In this document: positions 38,585 to 48,898 of the stretch, piece by piece
How positions within the stretch are numbered: position 1 is the first letter of the stretch
Layout: each line of letters starts with the position of its first letter
Assembly (NCBI GenBank): GCA_964409845.1
Contig: CAYPEW010000016.1
Span: forward strand, 383 to 64,382
Origin: an uncultured Jutongia sp.
GTDB lineage: Bacteria > Bacillota > Clostridia > Lachnospirales > Lachnospiraceae
Direction of reading: 5' to 3'
DNA length: 64,000 nt
Notes under the pieces: model-generated
What the model was told of the DNA's origin: nothing
What the model saw: the letters and a program-made list of their open reading frames with translations, nothing else
Databases searched by the model: none
Translations under genes and position numbers: made by a program

Positions 38585-38640
38585 GTGTAGTAGATGCATT
38601 AGGAGACAGGCAGGCTGCATAAGGAATGGAGGATTTTTTT

Positions 38641-38940
38641 ATGGAAGAACGGAGAATGGAAGACAGACCAAGGAACAGCGTACATAAAGTGTATATTAAT
38701 GCCCGCAAAACAGCAGTGTTATCAGGAGTGAGAGATGTACTTTCTTTTGATGCAGCAGAGGTTTATCTGGAAACAGAGCAGGGTGTCTTGCTGATTCGTG
38801 GGGATGAATTACATGTAAATCGTTTGTCTCTGGAAAAAGGAGAGATTGATATAGATGGTAGAATTGATAGTCTGGCATATTCTGAAGTAGAAGAAACCGG
38901 GAAAAAGGCAGCTTCATTTTTAGGGAGGTTATTCCAGTGA
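38641..38940 (+). CDS. yabP: sporulation protein YabP
   Basis: LSGVRDVLSFD...LETEQG.L.IRG..LHVNRLSLEKG. Confidence 0.93.
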   Translation: MEERRMEDRPRNSVHKVYINARKTAVLSGVRDVLSFDAAEVYLETEQGVLLIRGDELHVNRLSLEKGEIDIDGRIDSLAYSEVEETGKKAASFLGRLFQ

Positions 38941-39521
38941 AGCAATTAATTGCGCAGCAGGTACAGTTTATTCTGTTAATGACCATAAGCGGAATGTCAC
39001 TGATGGCAGGCTATGATATGCTGCGCTTGATCCGGTGGCTGTTTCCTCATGGGCAAATCAGTATAGCCGTAGAGGATGTTTTATATTGGAGTATTGTCTC
39101 TATTCCAGTGTTTTATTTGTTTTTGGAGTTTCATGATGGGATTATTCGGTGGTATGGTTTAGTGGCAGTATTTAGCGGCATTATTTTGTACGAATATGGA
39201 TTTAGCCGTCCGATTCGATTTAAAGTAGCTGCATTTTTTGACCGCATTCGAAGGAAATGGAGAAAAAGATGGGAAAAGATGCGGGAGAAGCAGAGGCAAG
39301 AGAGACAGAAGAAGCAGGAAATAAAGCAGAAAAAAAGAAAAGAGGAAGAGATACGGAAAAAACAAAAACAGGCAGAATTGCAGGAAAAGAGACGGCAAAA
39401 ACGGGAGCTAATGGAACGGGAACAGAGGAAAAGACGGGAACAAGAGGAAGAAAAGAAGCAGAAAAAACAGGAACATAAAAAAATTAAAAAAAATAAGGCA
39501 AAATTCACAAAAAAAAGTTGA
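38937..39521 (+). CDS. yabQ: spore cortex protein YabQ with charged C-terminal tail
   Basis: YDMLRLIR, EDVLYW, GIIRWY motifs; follows yabP. Confidence 0.88.
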   Translation: MKQLIAQQVQFILLMTISGMSLMAGYDMLRLIRWLFPHGQISIAVEDVLYWSIVSIPVFYLFLEFHDGIIRWYGLVAVFSGIILYEYGFSRPIRFKVAAFFDRIRRKWRKRWEKMREKQRQERQKKQEIKQKKRKEEEIRKKQKQAELQEKRRQKRELMEREQRKRREQEEEKKQKKQEHKKIKKNKAKFTKKS

Positions 39522-39654
39522 CAAAGATCCATTATATGGTAAAATTAACTATAGTTATATGGGGTGTGTTTGTTACTGGTATCAAGGGAGAAGGCAAGGG
39601 TATCAGATGACAAATACAAAATTTCGGTTTTCATTATAGTTGTTTCTACCTTGT

Positions 39655-39686
39655 AAAATGGGCTGTTCATAAGAACAGCCCATTTT
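39655..39686. terminator. bidirectional terminator
   Basis: AAAATGGGCTGTTC-ATAA-GAACAGCCCATTTT. Confidence 0.8.
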
Positions 39687-39714
39687 ATTATATCAGGAAA
39701 ACGAAAATATATTG

Positions 39715-41220
39715 TTATTTCTTAAAGTTGATGACTTTATTATTGTTTTGTTTCTTTCTGGAGTCAACATGCTGCTGTACAAACAGTTCTCTCCATAATG
39801 CCGGATGGCATAGGATGAGCAGAGGGAAAAGCTCCAGACGACCAGCCAGCATATCAAACATCAGAACTAATTTGGACAGTGATGTGAAAAATCCAAAATT
39901 TGCGGTTGGTCCCACCAGATCTAATCCCGGACCAATGTTGTTAATTGTTGTGGTAACCGCAGTAAAATTCGTAATCATATCGTGATCTTCCAGTGATATC
40001 AGGAAGAGAGAGGCGGAAAAGAGCAGAACAAAGGTAACTAGATATACATTGGTTGCCCGAACTACTTCATGCTCCACAGGCTTATGCTCAAAATTAATCT
40101 TTTTTACGATTTTTGGATGAATGTAGGAAGTTAGTTCTTTGCCCAGACTTTTTACCAGAATGACAATACGGGATACCTTAATGCCGCCACCGGTACTTCC
40201 GGCACAGGCACCAATAAACATCAGCATAACCAGAATGGTGCGTGATGTTTCGGACCAGGTATTAAAATCTGTAGTGGCATAACCAGTGGAGGAAATGATG
40301 GAAGCTACTTGAAAGCAGGCATGTCGTAAAGCATCACTGGCATTCATTGCCGTCTGTACCAAATGGGTAAAGATAATGAGGGAAGCACAGGTAATGATTA
40401 AGAGATAATAGCGTACTTCCTCAATGTGAAGTGCTTTTTTCCAATCGCGGTACAAAATGAAATAGTATGCATTAAAATTAACACCGAATAAAACCATAAA
40501 TATTGTAACAACCCATTGAATATATGTGGAGTATCCGCCAATGCTATCATTTTTTATACCGAAGCCACCAGTTCCAGCTGTACCAAAAGCAGTACATATT
40601 GTATCAAACAGGGGCATCCCGCCAGCAAGCAATAAAAGCATTTCCAGTATGGTCATGCCCAGATAGATCAGATAGAGAATTCGGGCAGTTGTTTTTAATT
40701 TGGGTTTCAGTTTGCTGACAGACGGTCCTGGGCTCTCTGCACGCATTAGATTCATATGGGAACCGCCGCTCAGTGGAATAATCATCAATAGAAAGACCAG
40801 CACACCCATTCCGCCGATCCAGTGTGTAAAACTGCGCCAAATCAAATGGCAGTGATCCAATGCCTCCACATCACTGAGAATGGTGGCTCCAGTGGTGGTA
40901 AAACCGGAGATGGTTTCAAATAATGCGTCCACAAATGATGGAATGGCTTTGCTAAGATAGAAAGGCAGGGAGCCAAAGAGACTTAAAACGATCCAGCTCA
41001 GTGCAGTAGCAACACAGCCTTCCTTGAGATAAAATACAAAATCCGTTGGTTTGTACCAGGAAAGGGCGGCGCCGATTACGGCACAAAATAAAGCAATCAG
41101 CAGATACCAATATCCTGATTTTTCCTGGTAAATGACAGCGATCAGAATAGGTAGCAACAATAAAAGTGCCTCAATTTTTAGAATATATCCTAATATATAC
41201 CGTATAACAGATTTATTCAT
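39715..41220 (-). CDS. trkH: Trk potassium uptake membrane subunit
   Basis: FETISGFTTTGAT, GTGGF, SSTGY, GSTGGGIK, NNIGPG pore loops. Confidence 0.93.
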   Translation of the reverse strand: MNKSVIRYILGYILKIEALLLLLPILIAVIYQEKSGYWYLLIALFCAVIGAALSWYKPTDFVFYLKEGCVATALSWIVLSLFGSLPFYLSKAIPSFVDALFETISGFTTTGATILSDVEALDHCHLIWRSFTHWIGGMGVLVFLLMIIPLSGGSHMNLMRAESPGPSVSKLKPKLKTTARILYLIYLGMTILEMLLLLAGGMPLFDTICTAFGTAGTGGFGIKNDSIGGYSTYIQWVVTIFMVLFGVNFNAYYFILYRDWKKALHIEEVRYYLLIITCASLIIFTHLVQTAMNASDALRHACFQVASIISSTGYATTDFNTWSETSRTILVMLMFIGACAGSTGGGIKVSRIVILVKSLGKELTSYIHPKIVKKINFEHKPVEHEVVRATNVYLVTFVLLFSASLFLISLEDHDMITNFTAVTTTINNIGPGLDLVGPTANFGFFTSLSKLVLMFDMLAGRLELFPLLILCHPALWRELFVQQHVDSRKKQNNNKVINFKK

Positions 41221-41242
41221 TCTTGATTTCCAATCCTTTCTC

Positions 41243-42631
41243 CTAAAGCAAGATATCCTGCAAATCTCCAAAGCCCGAATGGGTGGTAACAATAACGACA
41301 GTGTCATTGACCTCAATAGTATCGGTACCAGTAGGAATAATTAGTTTGCCATTTCGCGTAATAGCTGCCACCAGCAGGTTTTTCTTGAGATGTAGATCCA
41401 TTAATGGAATACCAGTAACAGCAGAAGTTTCCTGCACCCTGAATTCAATAGCTTCCACCCGGGAATCAAACATGTGGTACAGGGTTTCTATATTACTGCC
41501 AATGGATGCATGTTTCGCCCGGACATAGGCAATGATAGCTTCTGAAGTGATATATTTTGGATAAACCACACTTCCCAGATCCAATTGGTTAACGATTCCC
41601 TTAAAATTAAAACGATTTATTTTAGTAACTACTTTTGTCTTGGATACCTGCTGTGCATGCAGAGTTAACATAATATTTTCTTCATCAATACCAGTCAGTG
41701 GAACAAAAGACTGTACATATTCAATACCTTCTTCTTTGAGCAGGTCTACATCAGTGCCGTCACCGTTAATGATAATAGCTTCTGGAAGCAGAATACTCAA
41801 TTCTTCGCAGCGTGCCCGGTTTTGTTCAATGATTTTCACATCCGTACCAACTTCCAGCAGTCTTTTGGCAAGATAATATGCTGTTTTACCGCCACCTACA
41901 ATCATAGTATTCTTTGCCTGGTTGGTCTGTAAGCCGATTTTTTTCAGAAAGATTCTGGCATCGGTATGGGAAGAAATGAAGGAGATCCGGTCACCGGCTG
42001 CAAATTGAAAATCACCAGATGGGATGATCACATCGGTGTCCCGTTCTACTGCACAGATCAAAATATTTTGAGACAGCCCGGAGCGTCCCAGAGAAGCGAT
42101 GTCCTGACCTACCAGAATGTTATCTTCTGGGAGCTTAACCTGTACATTTTCTGCCTGACCATGGGCGAAAGAATGCACTTCCAGCGCCAGCGGCAGAGAG
42201 AGGACTCTGGCTGCTTCCAGTGCTGCGCTAAGATCCGGATTAATAATCATTGCCAGTCCCAGTTTTTCACGGAGATAGGCAATTTCATCACTGTAGTCGG
42301 GATTGCGTACACGGGCGATGGCAGCACAATTCCCCACTCGTTTGGCAACGGTACAGCACAGTAGATTTAATTCATCGGAGTCTGTGACAGCGATAATTAG
42401 ATCAGCAGATTCGATTCCTGCCTCCATCTGTATGCCGTAGCTGGCACCAGTGCCGGCTATGCCCATGACATCATATAAGTTTGCCAAATTCTGGATCTTG
42501 GCAGGATCCTGATCGATTAATGTGATATCATGTCCTTCTTTGGTCAGCTGTTCAGTTAAGGTAGATCCTACCTTACCACAGCCGACAATAATAATGTTTA
42601 ATCCTGATTTTACGGATGGTCTTATTTTCAT
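41243..42631 (-). CDS. trkA: Trk potassium uptake NAD-binding subunit
   Basis: Two RCK domains with GCGKVG and GGGKTA Rossmann motifs. Confidence 0.93.
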   Translation of the reverse strand: MKIRPSVKSGLNIIIVGCGKVGSTLTEQLTKEGHDITLIDQDPAKIQNLANLYDVMGIAGTGASYGIQMEAGIESADLIIAVTDSDELNLLCCTVAKRVGNCAAIARVRNPDYSDEIAYLREKLGLAMIINPDLSAALEAARVLSLPLALEVHSFAHGQAENVQVKLPEDNILVGQDIASLGRSGLSQNILICAVERDTDVIIPSGDFQFAAGDRISFISSHTDARIFLKKIGLQTNQAKNTMIVGGGKTAYYLAKRLLEVGTDVKIIEQNRARCEELSILLPEAIIINGDGTDVDLLKEEGIEYVQSFVPLTGIDEENIMLTLHAQQVSKTKVVTKINRFNFKGIVNQLDLGSVVYPKYITSEAIIAYVRAKHASIGSNIETLYHMFDSRVEAIEFRVQETSAVTGIPLMDLHLKKNLLVAAITRNGKLIIPTGTDTIEVNDTVVIVTTHSGFGDLQDILL

Positions 42632-42989
42632 GGTAACCTCATTTCTGCAAGTTGATATAATAAATAATTTGCGGACATACACGAATGATATAAATGATTT
42701 GCATATGTTTACTTCGCTTCAATCTGCACAAAACTTCAATACATTATCATAACATGTTCGAGGAGGAAATGCAAAAAATACTCGTTTGCATTTTCGCTAC
42801 TTAGCATAACATATTTTTACAAAATATATGTATACAAAAATTCAGATGTGATATGTCGCTGATGTGATGCATTTGACAATCTGAGCAATCCGTGTCATCA
42901 TGTACAGGATTGTTTGTGTCAAGCTTAAAATAAGATTAACAATTAGTGATATACAGGTCTTGTACAACAAGGTTGGAAGTGGGTGAAAT

Positions 42990-43844
42990 ATGATACAGGC
43001 AAAAGAGATTGCATATGAATATTTCAGGCGGGACGCCGAGGGAAATGTAATAGAAGTAAAACGTGCTTTAGATGGCGTGGACTTACAGGTTAAGCCGGGC
43101 TCTTTTGTGGCGATACTGGGGGCTAATGGTTCCGGTAAGTCAACCTTTGCCAGACATCTCAATGCGCTGTTGACTCCAGCAGAGGGAACTCTTTATGTGG
43201 ATGGAAAAGATACCTCCGATCCAGAGCAAACCATGGCAGTCCGCGAGACAGCTGGTATGGTGTTCCAGAATCCGGACAATCAGATCATTGCTGGAATGGT
43301 AGAAGAAGATGTGGGATTTGGACCGGAGAATATCGGGATACCCACAGAAGAAATCTGGCAGAGAGTAGAAGACAGTCTGAAAAAAGTGGGGATGTATGCC
43401 TATCGGGAATCTTCTCCCAACCATTTGTCCGGTGGACAGAAACAGAGAGTGGCTATTGCCGGGATCATCGCCATGAAACCAAAGTGTATTATTTTGGACG
43501 AGCCTACTGCCATGCTGGATCCAAAGGGGAGAAAGTCTGTCCTGCAAACAGTACACCAATTAAATCGTACAGAAAAAATAACAGTTATTTTAATTACACA
43601 TTACATGGAAGAAGTGGTGGATGCAGATTATGTTTATGTGATGGGAAATGGCAAAATTCGTTTGCAGGGAACGCCCAGACAGATTTTTTCTAATCCGGAG
43701 ATTTTAGAGCAGTGGAGGCTGGATGTGCCGGAAATTACCAGAATTGCTATGGGGTTACGAGATGCAGGTGTAGCAGTTCCGACAGATATTATTCATGCTG
43801 AAGAATTGGCAAGGTGGCTACTGCAATATCGGCAGGAACATTAG
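42990..43844 (+). CDS. ecfA1: ECF transporter ATPase EcfA1
   Basis: GANGSGKST, FQNPDNQ, LSGGQKQR. Confidence 0.92.
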   Translation: MIQAKEIAYEYFRRDAEGNVIEVKRALDGVDLQVKPGSFVAILGANGSGKSTFARHLNALLTPAEGTLYVDGKDTSDPEQTMAVRETAGMVFQNPDNQIIAGMVEEDVGFGPENIGIPTEEIWQRVEDSLKKVGMYAYRESSPNHLSGGQKQRVAIAGIIAMKPKCIILDEPTAMLDPKGRKSVLQTVHQLNRTEKITVILITHYMEEVVDADYVYVMGNGKIRLQGTPRQIFSNPEILEQWRLDVPEITRIAMGLRDAGVAVPTDIIHAEELARWLLQYRQEH

Positions 43845-43900
43845 ACCTGATTCTGTGCAATAAATATAAAGGGGAAAACAGGCAAGGATGGTGATACATA

Positions 43901-44758
43901 GTGGGGATGTGTTTGCAGCATGTGAATTTTATTTACGGATTGGGTAGTGGTCAGGAGTATCCGGCATTGCATGATATTAACCTGGAAATTCATGACGGAG
44001 AATTCATTGGTTTAGTTGGCCATAGCGGATCCGGTAAATCTACTTTAATTCAGTTGTTAAATGGCTTGGAAAAAGCCAGTAGTGGTGAAATATTATATAA
44101 TGGTAAAAATATATATGATAAAGATTTTGTGTTAAAAGATTTGCGAGCTAAAGTAGGCTTGGTGTTCCAGTATCCGGAACATCAACTGTTTGAGATGTCT
44201 GTAATTCAGGATGTGGAATATGGTCCGACCAATCTGGGCCTGAATCAGCTGGAAGTGGAATTGCGGTCATTTCGTGCTTTGAAACAGGTAGGAATTGGGG
44301 AAGATTTGTTAGATGTTTCCCCATTGGCACTTTCGGGAGGGCAGAAACGCCGGGTGGCGATTGCCGGAGTATTGGCAATGGAACCGGAGATTTTGATTCT
44401 GGATGAACCTATGGCGGGATTGGATCCAATGGGGAGAACTGAGATTTTGCAACTGCTGGCTCAGATTCACAGGGAAAAGCAGATTACAGTCATATTAGTT
44501 TCCCACAGTATGGATGATGTGGCGCAATATGCAGACCGGATTCTGGTTATGAATGCTGGAAAGCTGGTGCTGGACGGGCAGCCCAGACAGGTTTTTCGTT
44601 ACGAGGATGAACTGCGGCAGATTGGTTTGGATGTACCACAGCCGACGGCATTGCTGCATCGATTAGCCAGGGAGACAACAGGGCTGCGAAGCGATGGAAT
44701 TACTGTGGGGGAGAGTGTAGATGCCATTTTGAAATGGTTGAAGGGCAAAACGACATAG
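43901..44758 (+). CDS. ecfA2: ECF transporter ATPase EcfA2
   Basis: GHSGSGKST, FQYPEHQLF, LSGGQKRR. Confidence 0.92.
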   Translation: MGMCLQHVNFIYGLGSGQEYPALHDINLEIHDGEFIGLVGHSGSGKSTLIQLLNGLEKASSGEILYNGKNIYDKDFVLKDLRAKVGLVFQYPEHQLFEMSVIQDVEYGPTNLGLNQLEVELRSFRALKQVGIGEDLLDVSPLALSGGQKRRVAIAGVLAMEPEILILDEPMAGLDPMGRTEILQLLAQIHREKQITVILVSHSMDDVAQYADRILVMNAGKLVLDGQPRQVFRYEDELRQIGLDVPQPTALLHRLARETTGLRSDGITVGESVDAILKWLKGKTT

Positions 44759-44841
44759 GTGAGAGACAGTGGCTGCGAAGGGGTGAAAGAGAATGGTAAT
44801 GAAACAGATAGGAATCTTGCAATAGGGAAGAGGAAGCAAGT

Positions 44842-45648
44842 ATGATACGAGATATTACAATAGGACAATATTATAAGACAGATTCACTGATTCACAAACT
44901 GGATCCACGGGTTAAGGTAGTTGGAACTTTTGTGTACATTATTTCTTTGTTTTTATTTCGGCAATTTACGGGATTTTTGCTTACTGCCATGTTTTTTGCT
45001 TGGATCGTATATCTGTCTCAGGTTCCGTTTCGTTTTCTTTTGCGTGGATTGCGTCCTATTATGTGCATGTTGATTTTTACTGCTATGTTGAATCTGTTTT
45101 GGACACCAGGAACGCCCTTGCTGGAATTGGGAATAATCCATATTACGCTGGAAGGTGTAAGACGAGCTGTTTTTCTGGCACTTCGATTGATTCTGTTGAT
45201 TTTAGGTTCCTCTGTTATGACATTGACCACAACGCCTAATCAATTGACCGATGCGCTAGAGAGTTTACTGGCACCTCTGAAGCGAATTCACATGCCGGTT
45301 CATGAAGTGGCGATGATGATGTCCATTGCCTTGCGTTTCATTCCGATTTTGATAGAAGAAACCAATAAGATTATGAAGGCACAGATGGCACGGGGAGCCG
45401 ATTTTGAAAGTGGAAATGTGTTGCGGAGACTGAAAAGTATGATTCCGATTCTGGTTCCGTTATTCGCTTCTTCCATACGGCGAGCAACAGATCTTGCTAA
45501 CGCCATGGATGCCAGATGCTATCATGGAGGCACTGGTCGGACAAAAATGAAACCATTGCAGTATCAGAGCAAAGACAGAGTGGCATATGTGGTGGTGGTC
45601 ATCTATCTGATTATAATTTTTTGTCTGGGAAGATGGATGCCGTGGTAG
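44842..45648 (+). CDS. ecfT: ECF transporter transmembrane component
   Basis: LDPRVK, ALRFIP, AQMARG, AMDARCY. Confidence 0.93.
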   Translation: MIRDITIGQYYKTDSLIHKLDPRVKVVGTFVYIISLFLFRQFTGFLLTAMFFAWIVYLSQVPFRFLLRGLRPIMCMLIFTAMLNLFWTPGTPLLELGIIHITLEGVRRAVFLALRLILLILGSSVMTLTTTPNQLTDALESLLAPLKRIHMPVHEVAMMMSIALRFIPILIEETNKIMKAQMARGADFESGNVLRRLKSMIPILVPLFASSIRRATDLANAMDARCYHGGTGRTKMKPLQYQSKDRVAYVVVVIYLIIIFCLGRWMPW

Positions 45649-45744
45649 TTCTGATGGCACTGATGGTGCTTACACTGGTATGGCAGAAATTTCCTTAAAA
45701 TCAGAGCGGGGGTTAGCGTGCAGTGTCGCAGAAAGGGAGAAAGT

Positions 45745-46485
45745 ATGAGGCGGATTAAATTGATAGTGGCATATGACGGTACTCATTACCATGGGTGGCA
45801 GTTTCAGCCACGGGAAATTACCATAGAAGGTGTATTAAATCAGACAATCAGTACCTTGACCGGAGAGGAAATACAGGTCATTGGAGCCAGCCGCACCGAT
45901 GCAGGGGTACATGCTCTGGGAAATGTGGCGGTATTTGATACGGAATCTCGGATACCAGGGGATAAATTTGCCTATGCATTGAATCAAAGGCTGCCAGCGG
46001 ATATTGTAATACAGGACTCCGTGGAGGTGGCAGGAAATTTTCATCCACGGCATCAGAATTGTCGTAAGACCTATGAATATACCATATTGAACCGTAATTT
46101 TCCTTTGCCGGAATACCGGAACACGGCATACTTTTACTATGGTTCTTTAAATGTAGAAAAAATGCAACAGGCAGCACAGGCATTTATAGGAGAACATGAT
46201 TTTGCTGCATTTTGTTCTACTGGTGCACAGGTACAGACCACCGTTCGAACTATCCATTCCTTAGATGTGATTTCAGATGGAGAACAGATCCGGATTCGTG
46301 TGCAGGGAAACGGATTTCTCTACAATATGGTTCGTATTATTGCAGGAACTCTGCTGGAAGTTGGAAAAGGGCGGATAGAGGTGTCCGGAATTACGGACAT
46401 CATAGAGTCTTGTGATCGGGGACAGGCAGGCCCTACCGCACCGGCACAAGGTTTGAAGTTAATCGAAATCTGTTATGAAAACTAG
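45745..46485 (+). CDS. truA: tRNA pseudouridine(38-40) synthase
   Basis: YDGTHYHGWQ, SRTDAGVHA, FLYNMVRI, TAPAQGL. Confidence 0.96.
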   Translation: MRRIKLIVAYDGTHYHGWQFQPREITIEGVLNQTISTLTGEEIQVIGASRTDAGVHALGNVAVFDTESRIPGDKFAYALNQRLPADIVIQDSVEVAGNFHPRHQNCRKTYEYTILNRNFPLPEYRNTAYFYYGSLNVEKMQQAAQAFIGEHDFAAFCSTGAQVQTTVRTIHSLDVISDGEQIRIRVQGNGFLYNMVRIIAGTLLEVGKGRIEVSGITDIIESCDRGQAGPTAPAQGLKLIEICYEN

Positions 46486-46489
46486 AAAT

Positions 46490-46539
46490 AAATCACTCCA
46501 GCGATTCGGAATTTATCGTTATCCGCTAGAGTGATTTTT
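46490..46539. terminator. terminator hairpin between truA and spoIIID
   Basis: AAATCACTC.AGCG...CGCTAGAGTGATTTT. Confidence 0.6.
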
Positions 46540-46593
46540 AATTTTTGTATGAGAAAATGTTTGTAGCACAATGGCAGTGTTGAAAGCACTACT

Positions 46594-46620
46594 GTAACTG
46601 GTCACGGAGTGACCGTTTAC
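46594..46620. repeat. degenerate 27-bp palindromic mini-element
   Basis: GTAACTGGTCACGGAGTGACCGTTTAC: same length, GGA loop and ACGGAGTGA core as 4445-4471; no flanking duplication. Confidence 0.55.
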
Positions 46621-46622
46621 TC

Positions 46623-46889
46623 TTAAGTCCAGGCATCGGCATGTTGATGCAGATATTTTTCTTTGGTTGCCAGACCGCCACGGATATGGCGCTCTGCCTT
46701 GTTGACATTGAGTACATTCCGAACTTCATCTGCTAATGTATGGTTTACGGCAGGAAGTCGTTCTGTGACGTCCTTATGTACGGTACTTTTGCTTACCCGG
46801 AAAACAGTTGCGGTCTGACGGACTGTAGCACCATTTTCCACAATATATCTACCAATTTCAGTCGCTCTTTCTTCTATATCCTTTCTCAA
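46623..46889 (-). CDS. spoIIID: stage III sporulation protein D
   Basis: IEERATEIGRYIVEN.ATVRQTA..F.VSKSTVHKDVTERL...ERHIRGG.ATK.KY; TTG start with GAGGT RBS; sigma-E-like CATACACT upstream. Confidence 0.95.
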   Translation of the reverse strand: MRKDIEERATEIGRYIVENGATVRQTATVFRVSKSTVHKDVTERLPAVNHTLADEVRNVLNVNKAERHIRGGLATKEKYLHQHADAWT

Positions 46890-47058
46890 CAGGATAACCT
46901 CGCTAAACTTGTTTGTACAGTGTATGCATCTGAATAGCGAAGTATTACCAGATATCGAAAGTCCGATTATTGATAAATTATTGGTAATGATATATACTGT
47001 ATGGAAAAAGACTGATACTAAACTGATGATATGAATATAATTAGGAGATGAATACTTT

Positions 47059-48366
47059 ATGGATACAATCATAAAACAAAGTGCTAATGAAATTAAAGCT
47101 ACCTTTTTAGATCCATTGACAGAAAATGATAATATAAAAAATAGATTATATGACGAAAATAATCGTCGTAGATTTGATGGAGAATATCAAAGGGATTATA
47201 CAAGAATATTATATGCGTCTTCTTTTCGCCGTCTTCAAGGAAAGATGCAGTTATTTGCTGTCCAATCAGACCAGTTTATTAGAAATAGACTAACACATAG
47301 CTTAGAGGTAGCACAGATTGCAAGATCAATTGCAACAGAAATAGGTTATACCCGAGATGATATTTATGTGGTTGAGGCAGCGGCATTAGCCCATGATATC
47401 GGTAATCCCCCTTTTGGACATGCTGGTGAAAGATATTTGAATACACTGGCAAAAGAGTTTGGAGGCTTTGAAGGAAATGCGCAGACATTTCGTATATTAA
47501 CAACAGTGGAACAAAAAAGAGCAGATTTTCAGGGACTAAATCTTACATACAGGACATTATTAGCTGTCTTAAAATACTATAACAAATTTAATGCAAAACT
47601 ATCAGAATCCTCTTATTCCAAGCAGAAATTCATATATGATAAAGATTATGAGTTAGTTCAAAAAATTCTTTCTGAAACTGGTGTAGAATTGCGAACTATT
47701 GATGTCCAAATTGTGGATTTAGCTGATGAAATAGCATATGCAGCCCATGATTTAGAGGATGGCTTGCGTTTGGGGAGCTTTACTTTAGACGATATTTACC
47801 ATGATTTTTGCAAGCTTATTTCAGATGAACAAAGTAAGCAGGTATTAGAGCAAATAATATATGAAAGTAAAGATAGGGCCGGCTTTAAGAATAATAAGAT
47901 ATCCTCGTCAGAGTTTTCTAAATTATATCGCAAGGAAGTCACTTCAAGAATTATTAATACATTGATTAATGATATCGGAATTGTGGAATTAAATGAGGCA
48001 GAAAAAGAGAAAAAAGGGACAAAAAAGGATAAAGAAATTGGATTTGTTACATACAGTACTTTAGCTTCTGGATTGAAAAAAACAACATATGATTGTATAA
48101 CAAACAATGATGAAGTTTATGCTTATGAGCATCGAGGGGAAAGGATGCTGAAAGAGTTATATGATTTTTATGCCCAAAAACCGGGATATTTACCTCCGGA
48201 ATATAGAGCTGAAAATATAATTAATCAGTTTGGATCTGTGTATAAGGAGGAACGTGGTGACAAGGGGCTTCGGGAAACATTACAAAACAGATTGATATTT
48301 GATTATATATCGGGAATGATGGATGAATATGTAAAAACCACATATAGCAGACTGAAAAATATATAG
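47059..48366 (+). CDS. HD-domain dGTP triphosphohydrolase
   Basis: FRRLQGKMQ, RNRLTHSLEV, AHDIGNPPFGHAGE, FEGNAQ, ADEIAY..HDLED, DYISGM. Confidence 0.92.
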   Translation: MDTIIKQSANEIKATFLDPLTENDNIKNRLYDENNRRRFDGEYQRDYTRILYASSFRRLQGKMQLFAVQSDQFIRNRLTHSLEVAQIARSIATEIGYTRDDIYVVEAAALAHDIGNPPFGHAGERYLNTLAKEFGGFEGNAQTFRILTTVEQKRADFQGLNLTYRTLLAVLKYYNKFNAKLSESSYSKQKFIYDKDYELVQKILSETGVELRTIDVQIVDLADEIAYAAHDLEDGLRLGSFTLDDIYHDFCKLISDEQSKQVLEQIIYESKDRAGFKNNKISSSEFSKLYRKEVTSRIINTLINDIGIVELNEAEKEKKGTKKDKEIGFVTYSTLASGLKKTTYDCITNNDEVYAYEHRGERMLKELYDFYAQKPGYLPPEYRAENIINQFGSVYKEERGDKGLRETLQNRLIFDYISGMMDEYVKTTYSRLKNI

Positions 48367-48520
48367 ATTCCCCCAATTTTTTTGGATATTATAATATAGT
48401 TTTATCTTTCGAGGAAAAATACGAATCCAAAATTAAATTTTAATTGACTTTTCAAAAGTTATCAGAGAAAATAATAACGAATGATACAGAATATATCACA
48501 ATAGAACAGGAGGTTAGATT

Positions 48521-48862
48521 ATGCCATTTATTGATTCTAAAGTAACCAAAACATTAACACCAGATAAGCAGGAGAATATCAAAAGCCGATTAGGACAGGC
48601 AATCGGTATTATGGGAAAATCAGAAAACTTTTTGATGGTGGGATTTGAAGACCAGTATGAACTTTATATGGGTGGTCAGAAACTGGATCAGGGTGCTTTT
48701 GTGTCCGTACGTGTCTTGGGACAGGTTGATGCAGGTGCCAGCGATCGTATGACAGCAGAAATCTGCAAGATCTATCAAGAAGAACTGGGTATCCCCGGGC
48801 AGAATATTTATGTCGCCTATTTTGGTACTTCCAATTGGGGCTGGAACGGAAGTAATTTTTAG
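48521..48862 (+). CDS. tautomerase / MIF-related protein
   Basis: N-terminal Pro (MPFI), C-terminal NWGWNGSNF. Confidence 0.85.
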   Translation: MPFIDSKVTKTLTPDKQENIKSRLGQAIGIMGKSENFLMVGFEDQYELYMGGQKLDQGAFVSVRVLGQVDAGASDRMTAEICKIYQEELGIPGQNIYVAYFGTSNWGWNGSNF

Positions 48863-48898
48863 AAATCAGGATCTTTATTGATAGGGGCAGGTATTAAG

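Noticed and set aside
46890..47072. N-terminal extension of spoIIID in the ORF track
   Set aside because: RBS and sigma-E-like promoter support the TTG start at 46889; the extension overlaps the divergent dGTPase start.
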